Origin: Candidatus Levyibacteriota bacterium
Lineage (GTDB): Bacteria; Patescibacteriota; Microgenomatia; Levybacterales; GWA1-39-11
Direction of reading: 5' to 3'
Length of the DNA stretch: 64,000 bases
Assembly: GCA_036788695.1 (NCBI GenBank)
Contig: DAIQMY010000005.1
Location: 5,190-69,189, forward strand
Every line of letters starts with the position of its first letter. The stretch's first letter is position 1. The translations under genes and the position numbers were made by a program. Positions 1-9,562 of this stretch are shown piece after piece. The notes below the pieces were generated by a model. The model had not been told where the DNA came from. It ran no database searches and worked only from the letters and a program-made list of their open reading frames with translations.

Positions 1-11
1 CAAGTAAAAAC

Positions 12-614
12 TTAGTAGCTTTGGTTACGCAAAGATACAGATGTATTAAATGAAGCAGCCCCAGTCTTATCTGACGCGGTTCCCGCCGAATTCACTAACT
101 GAAATTTCACGTCAATTCGAGGAGGTGAATATATGTCTTGCTGGGTACAGGTAAATGAACACGTTGCCGGAGCAAGTTTTACCCGAGAAGTATCAATCAA
201 TTGAGTGATCTTATAAGGGGTAGGGGTAGGTGGGAGGGCGCTAAAAATTGCGCTGCTTGAGCTAATCGTCAACTCATTCTCATTACAAGTAAATGTGGTA
301 GTTCCACCATCAAAGCCTAGAACTGTAAGCGATTGTCCTGCGGGCGGAGTATTCACACAATCCGTAATAGAAGAAGAGTTTGTGGGGGTAAATGAAATAA
401 GTTGTCGTGAGTTTGTAAGAACATTTGAAATTGTTGATAATGCATAATTTCCGTTCTGAGCAATATCACTCGTTATTTTAGATTTTGATGTTCCCCTATA
501 CGTCGCATTTAATATTCCAACCACAACTGTACCTGTCACTATAAGTAGCATCATAACAATTAATAACTCTATAAGAGTATATCCGCCTGAACGCATAATA
601 TTATACTTTTTCAT
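12..614 (-). CDS. type IV pilin-like / pseudopilin (prepilin-type N-terminus)
   Basis: N-terminal GGYTLIELLIVMMLLIVTG prepilin cleavage/methylation motif. The ATG at 614 overlaps the stop of the upstream gene (ATGA). The track ORF 12..674 has a non-motif N-extension. Confidence 0.6.
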   Translation of the reverse strand: MKKYNIMRSGGYTLIELLIVMMLLIVTGTVVVGILNATYRGTSKSKITSDIAQNGNYALSTISNVLTNSRQLISFTPTNSSSITDCVNTPPAGQSLTVLGFDGGTTTFTCNENELTISSSSAIFSALPPTPTPYKITQLIDTSRVKLAPATCSFTCTQQDIYSPPRIDVKFQLVNSAGTASDKTGAASFNTSVSLRNQSY

Positions 615-1123
615 ATGCCCTGATATGTTGTTGGGTATGTTGTTGGAAATTGCTTTGAAACGTCTAGGAAACACGATCTAACTGATTTTTTATTGCAGAA
701 TGCTACCGTGCACTTACTGCTTGTCCAGGAAACGGAAACAGTAACGTACAGACCATTCACAAACGTGTTCCCTGACCCGCAATTCCCTGATTCAAATGTT
801 ACCTCACGTTTAAATTGATCAAAAACATAATCATTTGATGTACACGCAGTATTAAGAAGATTATTTTGTTCATCTAAGCACTTTGCATCAGTATAGGTGC
901 GATACGTTGCAATCATATTATTGTTTGATACTTGATCGCGCATGTACTCAAGCCCCTGCTGTGCAAGCTTATTTGCCTGGTTTTGCTGCTTAACAAAAAC
1001 TGAATTATTAACGCTTGTTAAAACGGCAACAGCCGTTGCGCTTAGAATAATAACCAGTAATGAAAGTGCAATTATTGCCTCAACTAATGTTTGACCTGAA
1101 TTGTCTTTTAATTTTATGTACAT
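611..1123 (-). CDS. pseudopilin / minor pilin-like protein
   Basis: N-terminal GQTLVEAIIALSLLVIILSATAV (prepilin-like, E at +5). It is operonic with the other pilins. Confidence 0.5.
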   Translation of the reverse strand: MYIKLKDNSGQTLVEAIIALSLLVIILSATAVAVLTSVNNSVFVKQQNQANKLAQQGLEYMRDQVSNNNMIATYRTYTDAKCLDEQNNLLNTACTSNDYVFDQFKREVTFESGNCGSGNTFVNGLYVTVSVSWTSSKCTVAFCNKKSVRSCFLDVSKQFPTTYPTTYQGI

Positions 1124-1710
1124 GTTACCGTTCCTTCTTTTATGTTCACATTTCCACCATTATCTACGCAAATAGTCTTACTCATGGAGCTGTCTGTTGT
1201 TGTTAAAACAATTCTACAGCTATCCGTGTCAGAACCGTTTGCAATTATGTAAAAACGCAAAATCCTATTTGAACCGCACTCACCATTTGCAACACTCACT
1301 ATTAAATTTGAGGGTCGTTTTTTTGTGTATACCGTGTAATAACCGGAATTAGTTGATGCAACATAACATATCGCATCTGTTTGATAAAGATCTGTTGGAT
1401 TTGTGCACTGATTTGTCTCTCCCGAAGCGTTTGTGCAAGTAATAAATCTGTATCGGTCAAGAGCGCCCGTGCAAGGGGTAGGTTTTACTCTGGATGTTGC
1501 GTTTGCGCGGGCCTGATCAATTCCATTTTTTATATCTACCGCAGATTGGTCAAATGCCTGTTTTTTACTGTATGACACAAATGAAGCAAAACCAATACCG
1601 GTTAATAGTCCAATAACAGAAAATACTACAAGGAGCTCTAAAAGAGTAAATCCATTATTGTTTTTAAAAATATGAAAGAACAGGTACTTTTTCAAGGCAG
1701 TATTTGGCAC
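1114..1710 (-). CDS. pseudopilin / minor pilin-like protein
   Basis: NNNGFTLLELLVVFSVIGLLTGIGF prepilin motif. A GTG start overlaps the upstream TAG by 1 nt. Confidence 0.6.
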   Translation of the reverse strand: MPNTALKKYLFFHIFKNNNGFTLLELLVVFSVIGLLTGIGFASFVSYSKKQAFDQSAVDIKNGIDQARANATSRVKPTPCTGALDRYRFITCTNASGETNQCTNPTDLYQTDAICYVASTNSGYYTVYTKKRPSNLIVSVANGECGSNRILRFYIIANGSDTDSCRIVLTTTDSSMSKTICVDNGGNVNIKEGTVTCT

Positions 1711-2198
1711 TATGGATTACTTACAGCATAATAGTACCCAGTTGCGCACGTTATGGGAGGCCACGTTATTGATGTAGGCCACCAAGTCGGTTTTCCCGCA
1801 ACAGTTCCCGCGAACGCATCTTTATCATTTATGTTCTCCATACAGGAGACTAATACATAAGTAGAAGCAGGAGAACCTACTGAATAATAGTACGCAGTAT
1901 TGGACTGAGGATCACAGGGAATGCTTGGCATATATTGTTGGGAGCCGCCTGTTCCACCCATATAAGGCTGCCCGCAACTTGCGATAGGGGAGACTGGAGA
2001 TGAGGCAGGATAGGCATCGTTGTCAGTTCTATAAAATTCAAAAGCGGCCTGAATCTGCTTTATATCTGATTTTCTCTGCACATCTCTTCCTCTTTTCCGG
2101 ACACTTCCAAAGGAAACCGTAAGAAGTGCCGTTAATATCCCAATTATTGCTATAACGGTTAGTAGTTCTATTAAAGTAAACCCTTTGTTAAATTTCAT
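1710..2198 (-). CDS. GspG/PilA-like pseudopilin
   Basis: MKFNKGFTLIELLTVIAIIGILTALL is followed by the GspG-like RDVQRKSDIKQIQAAFEFY...YP motif. The true start is the ATG at 2198, so the track ORF 1710..2315 is over-extended. Confidence 0.65.
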   Translation of the reverse strand: MKFNKGFTLIELLTVIAIIGILTALLTVSFGSVRKRGRDVQRKSDIKQIQAAFEFYRTDNDAYPASSPVSPIASCGQPYMGGTGGSQQYMPSIPCDPQSNTAYYYSVGSPASTYVLVSCMENINDKDAFAGTVAGKPTWWPTSITWPPITCATGYYYAVSNP

Positions 2199-2200
2199 AT

Positions 2201-2683
2201 TTAAGGCGAAATATTGTTGCTTGTGATACCAAAATTGCATGGCTTGTCTGTACCGCACAGAAAAGGTGCTGGCACACCCTTGCATTCTCCACTTACCGAA
2301 CATGCTTCTTTCCATATACCAGGGTTCTCCAATGACGCATATAATCTGTAAGACTGAAAATTATTATCTTCATCTGCCCAGTATACATATCTTCTACCGC
2401 CTCCCGTATCTTTTGGCAAAAATGCAAAGTAGGGCATCCAAGGTGTCCCCCATGCATACACATCATCACGATCTGCAATAATATAATTTACCTTATCATA
2501 CTGCGGATAGTGTCCGTAATCCCCAAAATATTTCTCTAGCGCTAGAGAAATCAATTTCAAATCTTGAATTCTTTTCTCATCATTTTTACTCTGAAACTCT
2601 TTTAGGGGATTTACAATATATATGCCAACCCCAATTACTATACAAACAGATACTAGTATTAAAAAAATGCCAAACTTAGACAT
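2201..2683 (-). CDS. pilin-fold (GspG-like domain) protein without canonical prepilin leader
   Basis: A hydrophobic N-terminal anchor (FGIFLILVSVCIVIGVGIYIV) is followed by the KRIQDLKLISLALEKYFGDYGHYP motif shared with GspG-type pseudopilins. There is no G-F-T-L-I-E motif. Confidence 0.45.
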   Translation of the reverse strand: MSKFGIFLILVSVCIVIGVGIYIVNPLKEFQSKNDEKRIQDLKLISLALEKYFGDYGHYPQYDKVNYIIADRDDVYAWGTPWMPYFAFLPKDTGGGRRYVYWADEDNNFQSYRLYASLENPGIWKEACSVSGECKGVPAPFLCGTDKPCNFGITSNNISP

Positions 2684-2685
2684 AA

Positions 2686-3447
2686 TTAAACTCCAATCAG
2701 TGGCAATATAGCCTGCAATATTTGATTCTCAAAGAGCAATGGAATTATAACTCCTAGGCTTAAAAATGGTCCAAAAGGAATACTTCCTCCCTTAAGCTTT
2801 TTTTTACCTATGCTAATTAGTATTATGGAAATCGCAGCCCCTGTCAAGAACGTGGTATAAAAAGCAATTATTAAACCCACAGGTGAAAGAAGAAAACCTA
2901 TTACGAGCGCGTATTTCACATCACCAAAGCCTATACCTCTCCCGTATGTTATAAGAAAAATTCCAAGGAAAAAAATAAAAGCAACTGATGCGGTTATAAG
3001 ATGTAGTATAACATTTGGAGATCCACCTAAGACTAAAATAACTGATAGGATTCCTAGAGTTATAAGCAGTTTATCTGAAATAATTCTGTGATCCATGTCT
3101 ATTAAGGCAATCGCAATTGCAGTCAAGCAGATTGCGCAAAGTAGTGCATATTGTATCCAATTTATAAAACTGAAAATAAATAGTAAAACAAAAAGTATTC
3201 CCGTTAAAATTTCTACAATAAGAACCCTCTTAGAAATTTCCCTACCGCAGTATCTGCACCTGCCTGAAAGAAACAGATATGACAAGACTGGGATCATATC
3301 GTATGGCTTTAGTTTTTTTTTACAGGAATCACAGTGAGACTTACCAAAAAATATGCTTTCTTTTCTTGGAATTCTATCAGCAACTACATTTATAAAGCTT
3401 CCAAAACAGGTACCAATTATGAAGAGAAGAAAACAAAATAATGCCAT
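2686..3447 (-). CDS. pilD: prepilin peptidase (A24 family, PilD-like)
   Basis: N-terminal CDSCKKKL...CRYCGREIS zinc-finger pair, a polytopic membrane protein with GFGDVK, and a position within the pilus operon. Confidence 0.75.
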   Translation of the reverse strand: MALFCFLLFIIGTCFGSFINVVADRIPRKESIFFGKSHCDSCKKKLKPYDMIPVLSYLFLSGRCRYCGREISKRVLIVEILTGILFVLLFIFSFINWIQYALLCAICLTAIAIALIDMDHRIISDKLLITLGILSVILVLGGSPNVILHLITASVAFIFFLGIFLITYGRGIGFGDVKYALVIGFLLSPVGLIIAFYTTFLTGAAISIILISIGKKKLKGGSIPFGPFLSLGVIIPLLFENQILQAILPLIGV

Positions 3448-3545
3448 ATATTAATAGTACAAAGTTTAGATAAAAGTAGCAAGAAGTAGAGTTTTTGTCC
3501 ACAAAAAAACTCCTTTCGGAGTTTTTTAATTATATTTTGCGTATA

Positions 3546-4049
3546 TTATGGACAGGTGGTAGCAGCTGTTATAGATGTTCCGTTTGCTTTAAAGCAACCT
3601 TGTCCGTTTGCGTAGACATATATTTGTCCAGTAGTTGGTCCTCCATACTTTTTAGATTTCAAAGCGGTTACCCAAAATGCGTAGTTGTTGCAGTTTGCGC
3701 CTGCCGTTGTGCAGGAAGCAGTAGTAGCATAGTTAACTGTATATCCTGTTGGAGCTGTGTAAGATCCAATTTTTGATTCCCCTGCTGTTTGCAAATCAGT
3801 AAGAGCAGCGTTAACTGTTGTCCCACCTACATATGTGTTATTGTGTGTTGCGGCATATGTATCATTTGCTTTTCCAAATTGAGCAAGAGATGTAACTACA
3901 CCAGAATCATTTGCTGCGTTAATTTTATCTAGTGGATCAATTGTTGTAATAAGAACTGCTGCAAGAACTCCGAGGATTGCAATAACTACAATAAGTTCTA
4001 TAAGTGTGAAACCTTTTGAGTTTCTTATTTGGGCAGGTAATAATTTCAT
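3546..4049 (-). CDS. type IV major pilin (PilA-like)
   Basis: KGFTLIELIVVIAILGVLAAVLITTI N-terminus with a Thr/Gly/Ala-rich C-terminal domain. An AT-rich promoter region lies upstream (4050-4240). Confidence 0.7.
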   Translation of the reverse strand: MKLLPAQIRNSKGFTLIELIVVIAILGVLAAVLITTIDPLDKINAANDSGVVTSLAQFGKANDTYAATHNNTYVGGTTVNAALTDLQTAGESKIGSYTAPTGYTVNYATTASCTTAGANCNNYAFWVTALKSKKYGGPTTGQIYVYANGQGCFKANGTSITAATTCP

Positions 4050-4240
4050 GTTAAAAATATCTAATCAGAAAACAGAATAGCTTGTCAATAAGCAATTTCT
4101 TACAGGATGAATATTTATTCTATTATTAACTTTTTCTGTCTGTAAATTAAACAATTTTAAAACGTTATAAATTACTAGAGGATAGATTGTATCTTAAAAA
4201 ATATATAGATTTAACAAAAAATCTTGTCTTTCCTATTTTT

Positions 4241-4855
4241 TTAAATCTGAAGAAAAGAAACCTCTATTGCCATTTTTTTATTCACATTATTTGTCTTTGT
4301 CAACTTATATGATGTGTGCAATTTCCGAAGCACCGGTAAAACTACGGGGGCAAACGTTATGTCTTTTATAATAAGACTTCTTAGGACCAGAAGCACTGAT
4401 TCGATATTTTCTACTTCTACAACAGCCGGCAATAGACTCGTAATTCCAAAAGTATCAGAAGATGTGGCAAGTACTTTCCTTATTCCATCAAAAAGCTCAG
4501 TATCCACTTCTTTTTTTTCTTTATCTAAATTCACTATTTGACATCTGGATAAAATTGTTGGTAATAAGTCGTCTTTTGTATTTGACACAAAAAACATAAC
4601 ATTTTGAGTAGTTGCTTCTTCAACTGTTTTCAGGAGTGAGTTTTGAGCTTCGATTGTCGGATTGGTTATAATTATCACCCGCATAGCGCCTTCCTTCAAT
4701 TTTAAAGATATTGTATGCTGAAGCAGGCGAACCTGCCCAATTTTGCAGTTATCAAGTCTTATTACATGATAAGAGGGGATGTTATGTATTTTTATGAAAG
4801 AACTTATATGTGCTTCTTGAAAATGTAAGGATCCAATGAGTGCGTATGTATGCAT
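4241..4855 (-). CDS. minimal DNA polymerase III delta' (HolB)-like protein
   Basis: NSLLKTVEEATTQNVMFFVSNTKDDLLPTILSRCQIV matches the delta' signature LLKTLEEPP...LLPTIxSRCQ. The P-loop region is degenerate (HTYALIGSLH) and the protein is short at 204 aa. Confidence 0.5.
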   Translation of the reverse strand: MHTYALIGSLHFQEAHISSFIKIHNIPSYHVIRLDNCKIGQVRLLQHTISLKLKEGAMRVIIITNPTIEAQNSLLKTVEEATTQNVMFFVSNTKDDLLPTILSRCQIVNLDKEKKEVDTELFDGIRKVLATSSDTFGITSLLPAVVEVENIESVLLVLRSLIIKDITFAPVVLPVLRKLHTSYKLTKTNNVNKKMAIEVSFLQI

Positions 4856-4900
4856 ACTTCTTTATTGACATTATAATAACGATTCTAATACTATTAAACA

Positions 4901-4925
4901 AGTATCCCACGCAAATTGGGATACT
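4901..4925 (+). promoter_or_regulatory. perfect 9-bp inverted repeat (AGTATCCCA-N7-TGGGATACT) 6 nt upstream of the pilB ATG
   Basis: Read directly in the sequence. It lies in the divergent region between the holB-like gene and pilB, and a TTGACA hexamer sits at 4865-4870. Confidence 0.4.
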
Positions 4926-4930
4926 GTTTT

Positions 4931-6676
4931 ATGGATCCTGCCCAAACAAACCAACAACCACAAACTAATCAAAATATTAAGCCTGAAAAAAATATTTCAG
5001 ATGTACTCATAGAAGAAGGGCTTCTAACATCTGAACAATATAAAAGATTAACAGAGGAAGCGTCTGCTCGTGGAACAACAGTTGAGCAATTACTTCTTGA
5101 AACAAACATCATTAATGAAGAGCAGTATTATGAAGCGCGAGCTAAGCTTACGGGAATACCATTTGTCTCTGTCGCAACGCTCCCATTTTCACCTGAATCA
5201 CTAAGTTTTATTCCTAAAAATGTTGCGGAACGCTTTCAGGTAGTGCCTTTTTCTTATGATAAAACCAAGCTCTCTATTTCTCTTGCAATGGCTGACCCGC
5301 TTGATTTTGAGGCAATAAATTTTATCCAACAGAAAACTGGAATGACTGTTGTTGCATACCAAGCGATTCCTTCAGAAATTGCTGAGGCAATAAAAAACGA
5401 ATACAACATAGGACTCATAGGTGAGGTTAAAGAGGCTTTAAAGGAAACTGAGCAAATTTCTAAAGTAAAAACGTTTGATCAGGAAAGTATTGCAAAAGTT
5501 ATAAAAGAAGCTCCAATTGCTAAAATTGTTTCGACCATTTTAGAATATGCAATTAAAAGCCGCGCATCAGATGTTCATATTGAACCTCAAGAAGATCGCG
5601 TACGGGTACGCTACCGAATTGATGGAATTTTATACGAAAGACTAGCCCTCCCTAAAGCAGTGCAAGATGCTGTAATTTCCAGAATAAAAATTCTTTCTGA
5701 TTTAAAAATAGATGAACGGAGAACCCCGCAAGATGGCAGATTTAATTTTAAATATCTTGACCAGGAAGTAGATCTTCGTGTATCTGTTCTACCTACCACT
5801 TATGGTGAGAAAATCGTTATGCGTCTACTTCGAAAAAGTGGAGGAGTGCCTACACTCACTGAACTTGGAATACGAGGAACTGCTCAAAAAGAATTAGAAG
5901 CAGCTATTTCAAGACCCCATGGGATAATTATTGTCTGCGGACCTACAGGGAGTGGAAAAACAACAACTCTCTACGCAGTACTTTCAAGGATAAACACCAC
6001 AAAAGTAAATATATCAACACTGGAAGACCCAGTTGAGTATCAAATACCAGGAGCCAACCAAGTACAAATAAATCCAGATGTTGGACTTACGTTTGCAAGC
6101 GGTTTAAGAGCATTTCTAAGACAGGATCCAAATATTATACTAGTAGGTGAAATTCGCGATAAAGAAACAACAGATCTTGCAATTCAAGCAGCCTTAACTG
6201 GACATTTAGTCTTCTCAACACTTCATACCTCAAACGCATCAGGTGCTCTTCCACGACTCATAGATATGGGAGCAGAAACTTTTCTCCTAGCGTCTACCAT
6301 GACGGCAATTGTGGGACAAAGAATAGCTCGAAAGATTTGCCCAGATTGTAAAATATCCTATGTCCCCACTCCTGAAGTAGTCTTAGAGATAAAGCATGTA
6401 TTAGGTACATTAATGCCTCAGGGAGAAATACACTTATACAAAGGAAACGGCTGTGAATCGTGCGGACAGTCCGGATATCTTGGCAGAGTAGGAATATATG
6501 AAGTTCTAACAGTAACAAATCAAATCGCGAAAATGATTCTAGAACGGTCTGACGCAAATTCCATTGAACAAGAAGCAAAAAAAGAAGGAATGATTACCAT
6601 AAAAGAAGATGGCTACCTTAAAGCCTTGGAGGGCACAACTACAATTGAGGAAGTACTGCGCGTTGCCCAAGATTAA
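4931..6676 (+). CDS. pilB: type IV pilus assembly ATPase PilB (GspE family)
   Basis: Walker A GPTGSGKTTTLYA, the GspE N-terminal domain and a CxxC...CxxC tetracysteine. The ATG at 4931 is preferred over the track's TTG at 4916. Confidence 0.85.
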   Translation: MDPAQTNQQPQTNQNIKPEKNISDVLIEEGLLTSEQYKRLTEEASARGTTVEQLLLETNIINEEQYYEARAKLTGIPFVSVATLPFSPESLSFIPKNVAERFQVVPFSYDKTKLSISLAMADPLDFEAINFIQQKTGMTVVAYQAIPSEIAEAIKNEYNIGLIGEVKEALKETEQISKVKTFDQESIAKVIKEAPIAKIVSTILEYAIKSRASDVHIEPQEDRVRVRYRIDGILYERLALPKAVQDAVISRIKILSDLKIDERRTPQDGRFNFKYLDQEVDLRVSVLPTTYGEKIVMRLLRKSGGVPTLTELGIRGTAQKELEAAISRPHGIIIVCGPTGSGKTTTLYAVLSRINTTKVNISTLEDPVEYQIPGANQVQINPDVGLTFASGLRAFLRQDPNIILVGEIRDKETTDLAIQAALTGHLVFSTLHTSNASGALPRLIDMGAETFLLASTMTAIVGQRIARKICPDCKISYVPTPEVVLEIKHVLGTLMPQGEIHLYKGNGCESCGQSGYLGRVGIYEVLTVTNQIAKMILERSDANSIEQEAKKEGMITIKEDGYLKALEGTTTIEEVLRVAQD

Positions 6677-6683
6677 TATACAT

Positions 6684-7751
6684 ATGGAAATTTTAGAATT
6701 ACTTGAAAAAACAGTTCAGAACAATGCCTCAGACCTTCACTTGGTAGTCGGGGATGTACCGGCTGTAAGAATTGATGGAAGATTAACATTTCTAAATACC
6801 TATCCACAGATAGAAAAAACGGAAATGGAAAAAATGATTGGAAGCATTTTAACTGCCCACCAGAAAGAATTCTTAATAAATAACAGAAGTCTAGATTTCT
6901 CATACGCCTATGGGGGAGGAAATTTTGGAGACAAGGGACGATTTAGAGTTAACTGTTACTATCAAAGGGGAACGCTTGCTGCTGCCTTCAGACTTCTCCC
7001 TACAAGAATCAGAACCATAGAGGAATTGGGACTTCCTCCGGTCTGTAGTACATTTTCAAAATTAAGACAGGGGTTTGTCCTCGTAACAGGACCTACGGGA
7101 CATGGAAAATCTACAACGCTTGCCGCAATTATTAATCAGATAAACAATGAGCGTTCATCAAATATTATTACAATTGAAGACCCTATTGAGTACATGTACC
7201 CGAAAGGGAAGAGCATAGTCTCTCAAAGAGAATTAGGTTCTGACACTTTTTCATGGCATGAAGGCCTTAAGAGCGCGTTAAGAGAAGATATTGATGTTGT
7301 TTTAATTGGTGAAATGCGAGACCCTGAAAGTATAGCAACGGCTATTTCAATTGCGGAAACGGGTCATCTAGTTTTCTCAACACTTCACACAAATTCAGCG
7401 GCTCAAAGCATTGACCGCATAATAGACTCTTTCCCGGAAGCGCAACAGGCTCAAATTAGAGTACAACTTGCAGGAACTCTTGCAGGAATAATCTCTCAAA
7501 GACTTATTGAGAGAATTGATGCTGGTCGTGCTGTAGCCACCGAAGTCTTACTAGGAACAAATGCAGTTAGAGCAACCATCAGAGACGGAAAAACACATTT
7601 GCTTGATTCAATCATTGAAACCTCTCAAAACGAGGGCATGATACCTCTTGATGTATCTTTGGCCAATCTGGTAAAAGACGGCGCAATTGCGCTTGATACA
7701 GGGAAAAGCTATACGCTTCATATGGACTCTTTCCTAAGACTACTCTCATAA
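6684..7751 (+). CDS. pilT: twitching motility / retraction ATPase PilT
   Basis: GPTGHGKSTTLAAIINQIN, IEDPIEY and GEMRD motifs. The ATG at 6684 lies just after the pilB stop. Confidence 0.85.
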   Translation: MEILELLEKTVQNNASDLHLVVGDVPAVRIDGRLTFLNTYPQIEKTEMEKMIGSILTAHQKEFLINNRSLDFSYAYGGGNFGDKGRFRVNCYYQRGTLAAAFRLLPTRIRTIEELGLPPVCSTFSKLRQGFVLVTGPTGHGKSTTLAAIINQINNERSSNIITIEDPIEYMYPKGKSIVSQRELGSDTFSWHEGLKSALREDIDVVLIGEMRDPESIATAISIAETGHLVFSTLHTNSAAQSIDRIIDSFPEAQQAQIRVQLAGTLAGIISQRLIERIDAGRAVATEVLLGTNAVRATIRDGKTHLLDSIIETSQNEGMIPLDVSLANLVKDGAIALDTGKSYTLHMDSFLRLLS

Positions 7752-7758
7752 ATGCACT

Positions 7759-8961
7759 ATGCGATACTCATACACAGCAGTAAACAATACGGGAACAAAA
7801 CAAAAAGGATTACTTGAGGCAAATAGTCAAAAAGAGGTAACGGATTACTTAAGAGAAAATAATCTCACACCTATACTAATCCGTGAAGAACATGAGACTC
7901 ATCTTCCATTTTTAAATTATGTAAATCGTGTCAAGCAAGATGATATTGTTATTTTTACTCGGCAATTGGCATCAATGATACAAACTGGTCTTACCCTGAT
8001 TGAAGCACTTACTATTCTAAAAGACCAGGCACAGAAAACACAATTAAAAGCTCTCCTTGCAGACCTTATTGCAAATATATCCGGCGGTAGCTCATTCTCT
8101 GAAGCTCTTTCTTATCACAGAGATGTCTTTTCAGATGTTTATATTGCATTGGTCCGTGCTGCTGAAGCAGGAGGAGTAATGGATAAAATACTATCCCGCC
8201 TAGCAGACAATCTGGAACGCTCTCAAGATTTAAAGAGAAAAGTAAGATCAGCTCTTTTCTACCCACTTATAGTTGTTGTTGGTGTAGTCTTGGTAATTGT
8301 AGTCATGAACGTTTTTGTTATTCCTCAGTTGTCTACACTTTACGAAGGTTTGAATGTGGAACTGCCACTCACCACAAGAATTGTCCTAGGATTCTCAAAA
8401 CTATTTACTACATTTTCTCCCCTCATGATAATTCTCATAATTGCTTGTGTATTCTTGTACAAACGTTTTTCAAAAAGCGGTACGGGAAAAGAACTTATTG
8501 ACTCATATAAGCTAAAAGTGCCTGTTATCGGAAAAATTTTAGTTTTATCCATAGAAGACGAGATTGCGCGAACGCTATCTCTTCTCATTTCTTCCGGTAC
8601 ATCAATTCTGGAAAGTCTTCACATAGCAGCAAACGTTGCTGGAAACTATAAATATAAACAAGGAGTTCTTTCCTCAGCAACTTTAGTAGAAAAAGGGTTA
8701 ACGCTTTCAACAGCATTTGAGCAACAAAACATATTCCCAGCAATTTTTATTCAAATGACAAAGGTAGGAGAATCAACGGGTAAAATTGATGAAAACTTAA
8801 ATAAGGTTGCAGAGTATTTTGAACGAGACCTAGAACTTAAAGTAAAGACGCTCACAACATCAATTGAGCCTATACTATTAGTAGTATTGGGTGTAACAGT
8901 AGGATTTTTAATTATTTCAGTTATCTCTCCTATCTACGGACTTATTTCATCAATTCAGTAG
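7759..8961 (+). CDS. pilC: type IV pilus inner-membrane platform protein PilC (GspF family)
   Basis: Two T2SS-F repeats, about three TM segments, and a position immediately after pilB and pilT. Confidence 0.8.
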   Translation: MRYSYTAVNNTGTKQKGLLEANSQKEVTDYLRENNLTPILIREEHETHLPFLNYVNRVKQDDIVIFTRQLASMIQTGLTLIEALTILKDQAQKTQLKALLADLIANISGGSSFSEALSYHRDVFSDVYIALVRAAEAGGVMDKILSRLADNLERSQDLKRKVRSALFYPLIVVVGVVLVIVVMNVFVIPQLSTLYEGLNVELPLTTRIVLGFSKLFTTFSPLMIILIIACVFLYKRFSKSGTGKELIDSYKLKVPVIGKILVLSIEDEIARTLSLLISSGTSILESLHIAANVAGNYKYKQGVLSSATLVEKGLTLSTAFEQQNIFPAIFIQMTKVGESTGKIDENLNKVAEYFERDLELKVKTLTTSIEPILLVVLGVTVGFLIISVISPIYGLISSIQ

Positions 8962-9562
8962 GTTCTCTGTTAAATGCAATAGAAGATCTGTAGAGGAATT
9001 TGCCCGATTCCAAGGTAGCAAAATGAATTTCTTCAGTGTTAACTGACACAGGTTTTGAGTTTTTATCCGTCTTTACACCCCGTACAAACATGTCAACCAC
9101 ATCACAAACAACATCTTTTGGCAAAACTACCCCGATCGCTAAAACAGAGCTTTGCGCTCCTTCAGAATTGCCAGGCTTCGCGTTCCATTCTCTTATTCTT
9201 TCGAGTGTTGGGTCAGCAATATTTTTCATTTCCCGATGTAATCTTTTTCTAAAATGAGAAAATCCCTCACTTGAAAGGTCTCTTTGAGACAAGGTTCTCG
9301 TTTCTTCTGTGGGTCCTCCAATTACTCCTCCCAAAACAGAAGCGTTTTGCTTTCCTAAACCGTCTTTATCCAGATAATAAATACGTGTTATCCCGTGATT
9401 ATTTAAAACATTTAATGATGAGGGAGAGCGAACAGAGGCATCTGAAGGTGTTGGAACTATAAAAATATTTATTTTTTCTTGTGGCATATCATAAAATTCC
9501 CATGTGGAACGATCCTTAAGAGGCATTATACAAAATATTTTGCGTTTAGCAAGTTGACACAT
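8942..9562 (-). CDS. hypothetical protein (conserved-looking, unassigned)
   Basis: An ORF with protein-like composition and no motif I recognise. Its 3' end overlaps the pilC 3' end by 20 bp in convergent orientation. The start is possibly at the internal MPLKDRS. Confidence 0.3.
   Translation of the reverse strand: MCQLAKRKIFCIMPLKDRSTWEFYDMPQEKINIFIVPTPSDASVRSPSSLNVLNNHGITRIYYLDKDGLGKQNASVLGGVIGGPTEETRTLSQRDLSSEGFSHFRKRLHREMKNIADPTLERIREWNAKPGNSEGAQSSVLAIGVVLPKDVVCDVVDMFVRGVKTDKNSKPVSVNTEEIHFATLESGKFLYRSSIAFNREPTELMK

Noticed and set aside
1381-1575. Antisense or shadow ORFs inside well-supported genes (e.g. 1381-1575, 2239-2481, 2293-2478, 3095-3337, 3495-3776, 4314-4541, 5611-5799, 6294-6578, 6673-6903, 21756-22094, 22565-22828, 22911-23435, 48842-49174, 59256-59739)
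   Set aside because: Each lies opposite or overlapping a gene with strong motif support. Their compositions are Cys/Phe/Leu-rich in a way not typical of proteins, and they are treated as frame shadows of AT-rich coding DNA.
1710-2315. A 39-aa N-terminal extension on the GspG-like pseudopilin (track ORF start 2315)
   Set aside because: The extension overlaps the upstream gene by 115 bp and precedes the prepilin leader. The ATG at 2198 gives a canonical MKFNKGFTLIELL start right after the upstream stop.
8942-9562. Assignment of the 206-aa ORF to pyruvoyl-dependent decarboxylase, EndoV or other small-enzyme families
   Set aside because: No diagnostic motif (e.g. ESH for AdoMetDC) was found. 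It is kept as hypothetical.
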